Shown here one piece after another: positions 60,066 to 64,000 of a stretch of DNA of 64,000 nt (the stretch's first letter is position 1; the number at the start of each line of letters is the position of its first letter). A program made the translations under genes and the position numbers. This stretch comes from a virus: IMG/VR virus record IMGVR_UViG_3300010334_006426, positions 41,141 to 105,140 of that record. One strand, 5' to 3'. Under the pieces are notes generated by a model. It ran no database searches and was not told the DNA's origin. It saw only the letters and a program-made list of their open reading frames with translations.

Positions 60066-61339
60066 ACACGGAACCCTTTCTTTTCATTTTCCTTATAAGG
60101 AAAATTATTTTGTATAAGGTACTCTCTTAGCGGTGCTTTGTAAAAGTTATTTTTTAACTCTGGCTTTAGCCATAAGAATTCTTGTACTAATTGTTTATCT
60201 AGGTAGGGGTAGCGCGCTTCAATACCTAAACAGCCTATAATATATTCATCCTTAGTTAAGTATTGTCTCATTGTACCATTAAAAAAGTTTTTCCATGGAA
60301 AGATGTTATTTAAATTTTCTGGAAATTTTCCCTGAAAGCAAGAAGATTTATCTTGGTCATAATTACCTCTTACAAAGTAATCCCCTATAATTTCATCACA
60401 CCCTGTACCAGAGAAAAAGATCTTACATCCGTCGTTTTTTGCGCGAATTCCAATATGCATTAGCGGAATAGACGACCGATCTTCTAGGTAGCCATATTCC
60501 GTGTTAATGTCTAATTCGCAATATTTTTGAAAATGAGACAGAACATATAGATTATTTTCACCGCTATAATCGATTAGTTCAGTCTTTTTTAATAAATTGC
60601 TCCGATCATTAATCACCTGTATGTTTTCATTGTTTAGTATACTATATGCAGTAAAAGGTTTATTGGTATTATGTAATTCACAGGCTATACAGCCACTATC
60701 ATACCCACTACTTAAACCAATAAAAATTTTCTTATCTGTTAGTGATCGCTTCTGTATAGCATTTTTAAATGCATTTATCCAATCCGTATACGTGTTTTTA
60801 TATTGATTTAAATCAAACTTAATATTGATATATTTTGTTAATGCATTAGTTTTAATATTGTAAACTAGTGTTGTATTTGGTGCTTGTGGATCGATGCAAT
60901 TAATATCACACTTTATTAGTGCGCTCTTATAAGTTGCAACGTGAAAACCGTCTTCTACTGAAACCCAGAGAGGCTTTGTTTTAAACGGGTCTGTAGTTAC
61001 TATTATTCGTTGTTCTTTATTATCAATCAATACAATCGCGTATTCGCCATCTAGATATTTTGCAAATGTAATACCGTGCTTCTTATATGTGTCTATAATA
61101 AAACTCGCTTCATTGCTACCTGAATAGTTATATATTTCTCCATTAAAGAGCACGTCAATACCGTCAGCACTATACGGCTGTATACAATTACCTGCAATAT
61201 CTAGACGGTTATGAATAAAGGTGCCGATTTTTGAATGATGTATACGGGTATCATCTGGACCTCTAAATTGCAAGAGATTGTTAGCTGCTTCTATTTCTTT
61301 TATTGTTAGTTGTCGGGTTGTAAATAAAATACTACACAT
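60062..61339 (-). CDS. asparagine synthetase B-like glutamine amidotransferase
   Basis: Ntn N-terminus MCSI, RGPD, HNRL, FNGEIYN, LDGEYA; PP-loop LSSGYDS, SGTGCDE, IEARYPYLD. Confidence 0.85.
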   Translation of the reverse strand: MCSILFTTRQLTIKEIEAANNLLQFRGPDDTRIHHSKIGTFIHNRLDIAGNCIQPYSADGIDVLFNGEIYNYSGSNEASFIIDTYKKHGITFAKYLDGEYAIVLIDNKEQRIIVTTDPFKTKPLWVSVEDGFHVATYKSALIKCDINCIDPQAPNTTLVYNIKTNALTKYINIKFDLNQYKNTYTDWINAFKNAIQKRSLTDKKIFIGLSSGYDSGCIACELHNTNKPFTAYSILNNENIQVINDRSNLLKKTELIDYSGENNLYVLSHFQKYCELDINTEYGYLEDRSSIPLMHIGIRAKNDGCKIFFSGTGCDEIIGDYFVRGNYDQDKSSCFQGKFPENLNNIFPWKNFFNGTMRQYLTKDEYIIGCLGIEARYPYLDKQLVQEFLWLKPELKNNFYKAPLREYLIQNNFPYKENEKKGFRV

Positions 61340-61370
61340 AAACTGAAAATCCTGACAATAACTTTTTTTA

Positions 61371-62183
61371 TCAACGTCTAATTATATGCTTAAACATTTT
61401 AACATTATAATTAACCAAATCTAATTGCTCTGGTGTAACTTGATGTTCTATAAGATCTGCAAGCTTTGTTGACGGCTTTGTATCTAACCCGTAATCAGCA
61501 TCATACCTTAATCCATGGATAGCAGCAACAATTGGATTGCTAGTATCGCAAGAAACAATATTGTAAATATTTCTATCGATATAATATCGAAATTCTTTAG
61601 CAAGCGAACACCCTAATAGGTGATGCGGCTTATCCCATCTCCATACACCATTATTTATTAAATCAGAAATAAAGCGTTGACGACCTGAACACCAGCGCTC
61701 TAGATGATGCCATCCTTGCCCTGTGACTTGATAATAACTAAAATCAAAACTGATAGCAATCATATCAGCATTTTCAGCCATAAACTTATAGCACTCTCTT
61801 AATTCTTGCCAATTTTTACCCTGTACTGCACCTATTGCTTTTGTTTGAAAAGTGTTTTTTAATTCAGATTTCATCAATTCAAATGCTTTATAGCTTTCAA
61901 CTGTTCTGTGCATATCTTCCAGAACATCCGGTACTATAAACATATTAGGCTTTAATTCTTTTGCAGCATCAAAAAATTGACTTGGGTCAAAAGCCTTACC
62001 TAGCTCGAATATAGAATTATCCAGGAGTACCTCCCTATCATAAACACTTCTCGCTGACATAAAGAAATCCTTATACGCTTTATGTTGACTTAGTAAATGT
62101 ACTAGACAATAATCAAAATCATTATATTGTCTAGATAGCTCTAATAAGACTAAGGGAGATTCATGAGATACCTTCATCTTCAT
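61371..62183 (-). CDS. TGT/DpdA-like 7-deazaguanine transglycosylase (DpdA3-type candidate)
   Basis: TIM-barrel motif order of the TGT family: LLDNS, VPDVL, GAVQG, HHLLG, SCDTS. Start is probably ATG 62183 or 62177, not the ORF-track TTG at 62210, which overlaps the -35 box. Confidence 0.65.
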   Translation of the reverse strand: MKMKVSHESPLVLLELSRQYNDFDYCLVHLLSQHKAYKDFFMSARSVYDREVLLDNSIFELGKAFDPSQFFDAAKELKPNMFIVPDVLEDMHRTVESYKAFELMKSELKNTFQTKAIGAVQGKNWQELRECYKFMAENADMIAISFDFSYYQVTGQGWHHLERWCSGRQRFISDLINNGVWRWDKPHHLLGCSLAKEFRYYIDRNIYNIVSCDTSNPIVAAIHGLRYDADYGLDTKPSTKLADLIEHQVTPEQLDLVNYNVKMFKHIIRR

Positions 62184-62210
62184 ATTATAATACCTAGTTT
62201 GAGAAATCAA
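62184..62210 (-). promoter_or_regulatory. sigma70-type promoter of the modification cluster
   Basis: TTGATT...TATAAT on minus (-10 at 62184-62189); ATG 62177 lies 6 nt downstream. Confidence 0.5.
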
Positions 62211-62229
62211 AGACTCAATTAAATAATAT

Positions 62230-63264
62230 GTGTATTACGACGCTATTTCAATAGATAGTATAAAATCCTTAGATTCTGATGCTATTGGTGCCTTGACTAA
62301 TGTACCTTCGATTAATACTCCTGCTAATTCCTTATTACCTCAGAATTTCACTATTTTAAATTCTAGTCAGCAAATACTACCGTTAAGTCCAAAGAGCTTA
62401 AATTACAATATAGAACAGTCTATTCCTGATTTTAAGTCCTTAGTATCTGGGGATGTTAGTGATACATTTAATAATGCTATTGGTAATAAAATAGGCGGTG
62501 TTGATTTTAATAGCTCCATGGAGTCTTTAGACGGGGCACTGCAAAATATACAAAATAAATTTTCTATTGAATCGGCGCAGCAAATGCTATCAATTACAAA
62601 CAATAATAATTCAGTAGAATCTTTGGGGGCTATAAACCAATCGTATAAATCTGTTCTGGATAATGCTTCTAATTTATCACCCAAGGGTATACGGGACTTA
62701 TCAAACCCAGAAACATTAAGTCAAAAGATTCAAGACACAACATCTAATGCAGTACAGAATGCTCGTAAGGAAGTAATCAATCAAGTGAGTACGTTTTCAC
62801 AAGATAAGGAATTTAATCAATCTAGTCAAGGTAATTTACAGCAATTAAGCTCACCCAACTTTAGCGGGGATAATAAGAGCGGGTTTGAAGTTTTTGCAAG
62901 GTTAACTGTATACTGGGCACAAGGTTCAGGAACAGATAAGGACTCTGCGGCAAAAAGAAGCTCTACCGGAAGACAATTGTCACAAGGCATAAGTGCTGCG
63001 GTTGATCCTTCCATTATACCGTATCTAAGTAGATTAGAAATACCTGGTGTAGGGACTAGATTCGCAACTGACACGGGCGGGGCGGTTAAAGCCCGTGTTG
63101 CTAGTTCTGGTAGATTGCCTATTATTGATATTTTCTTTGACAAAAAAGACGAAGCTCTTGCTTTTGCAAAGACTTTAAAGGATGAAGTGCCGGTTAAAGT
63201 TTATCCACCTTCTAGTAAATATACATACGTAAAGAACTCATCACCAACCTATGGAGTTGCATGA
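62230..63264 (+). CDS. baseplate-associated protein with C-terminal 3D (MltA-like) peptidoglycan-lytic domain
   Basis: SSTG...AAVDPSIIPY...IPGVG..ATDTGGAVK....IDIFF (three Asp of the 3D domain). Confidence 0.8.
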   Translation: MYYDAISIDSIKSLDSDAIGALTNVPSINTPANSLLPQNFTILNSSQQILPLSPKSLNYNIEQSIPDFKSLVSGDVSDTFNNAIGNKIGGVDFNSSMESLDGALQNIQNKFSIESAQQMLSITNNNNSVESLGAINQSYKSVLDNASNLSPKGIRDLSNPETLSQKIQDTTSNAVQNARKEVINQVSTFSQDKEFNQSSQGNLQQLSSPNFSGDNKSGFEVFARLTVYWAQGSGTDKDSAAKRSSTGRQLSQGISAAVDPSIIPYLSRLEIPGVGTRFATDTGGAVKARVASSGRLPIIDIFFDKKDEALAFAKTLKDEVPVKVYPPSSKYTYVKNSSPTYGVA

Positions 63265-64000
63265 CAGATAGTAAAAAACATCTAGGAAATTATCTCGGTA
63301 TAGTGATAGCAAATGACGACCCGCTCAAAAAAGGCCGGGTTAAAATTTTTATACCTCATCTCTCTCCCGATGTGTACAATAATTGGAATAATACGTCTAA
63401 AGATAAAAAATTTAAATTTCTAGGTAAAAATATTGATAGCCCTATTGATGATATTATAGATGATTTAAAAGCTATTCTACCATGGGCGGAGTGTGCATCA
63501 CCGTTAGCAGGTGAAGTTTCTTCTGGTAGATACAACAGTTCAGATCAAAAAAGTACTATCAGTGATAGCAGTGATTACAGCTCAGCAATTCCTGTAAAAG
63601 ATTTTAAAGCAACAAAATACAGTCAAAATAATGATGGTATAGGCGAAAAACCTGCAAATATATTAGAAAAATATGATTTTTCTTTAAAGGATGCATTCAC
63701 ATCCCCTGGTTCCTCTGGTGTTAATAAAGCAAACGTTTATGGTCAAAATTATAGACCTGCCTCATATAGTAACAAAGCTAAAGGGTCTTTCTCTATCCCG
63801 CCTGTAGGTTCACACCTGTGGGTGTTTTTTATGGAGGGTAATTCAATGTACCCTGTGTATTTTGCTGCAAGTCACGGCGCGAATGAGTGGCAAGGAGTAT
63901 ATGAAATAACGGATTACCCTGGAGCATTTGAAAATAATAAACCTACTGAATCTAAGGACCATAACGTAGAAATTTATAGAAACAAGTATCTTGTTAATCA
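63261..64000 (+). CDS. gp5: baseplate central spike (gp5/VgrG-like OB-fold N-terminus), 3'-truncated
   Basis: YLGIVIANDDPLKKGRVKIFIP...LPWA...FSIPPVGSHLWVFFMEGNSMYPVY; open to the window end. Confidence 0.8.
   Translation, partial: MTDSKKHLGNYLGIVIANDDPLKKGRVKIFIPHLSPDVYNNWNNTSKDKKFKFLGKNIDSPIDDIIDDLKAILPWAECASPLAGEVSSGRYNSSDQKSTISDSSDYSSAIPVKDFKATKYSQNNDGIGEKPANILEKYDFSLKDAFTSPGSSGVNKANVYGQNYRPASYSNKAKGSFSIPPVGSHLWVFFMEGNSMYPVYFAASHGANEWQGVYEITDYPGAFENNKPTESKDHNVEIYRNKYLVN

Noticed and set aside
1013-63143. Numerous short (60-153 aa) ORFs antisense to or overlapping long genes, e.g. 3862..4065, 42726..43037, 48536..48853, 51214..51675 and 62826..63143
   Set aside because: They are shadows of well-supported genes or of low-complexity repeats, with no motifs or promoter context.
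1-64000. Stop-codon reassignment, CRISPR arrays, tRNAs, introns/inteins, diversity-generating retroelement
   Set aside because: Long ORFs tile the window under the standard code and all three stops are used. No repeat-spacer arrays, tRNA cloverleaves, interrupted core genes or reverse transcriptase were seen.

Overview
This 64-kb window is AT-rich, densely coding DNA from a large T4-like (myovirus-type) tailed phage, read with the standard genetic code. It starts inside a gp61-type primase and carries most of a rearranged virion module. Head and packaging genes: gp14 and gp13 neck, gp17 terminase, gp4, gp21 protease, gp22 scaffold and gp23 capsid. Tail and baseplate genes: gp3-like, gp18 sheath, gp19 tube, gp54/48/53/27/25/6-like genes, about 20 kb of large PKD/propeller/lectin proteins, an opposite-strand fibre/adhesin block, and at the right end a 3D-domain muralytic protein plus the start of a gp5-like spike. 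A dUTPase and clamp loader sit inside the structural block. At 55.8-62.2 kb there is a putative 7-deazaguanine DNA-modification cluster: a TGT/DpdA-like barrel, a PurN-like formyltransferase, a DUF1599-like protein, a P-loop kinase and QueF. An AsnB-like amidotransferase and a non-canonical flavin halogenase are inserted into this cluster, next to a degenerate duplicate of the formyltransferase 3' end. Other notable patterns: near-universal leaderless gene starts (TAAATA or TATAAT 4-7 nt before the start codon), a strongly enriched L-S-A/L-[ST]-[AG] tripeptide in virion proteins (possible modification sequon), and a compact multi-branch structured RNA candidate at 47.46-47.58 kb. All family calls are from motif recognition by eye; no database search was run.
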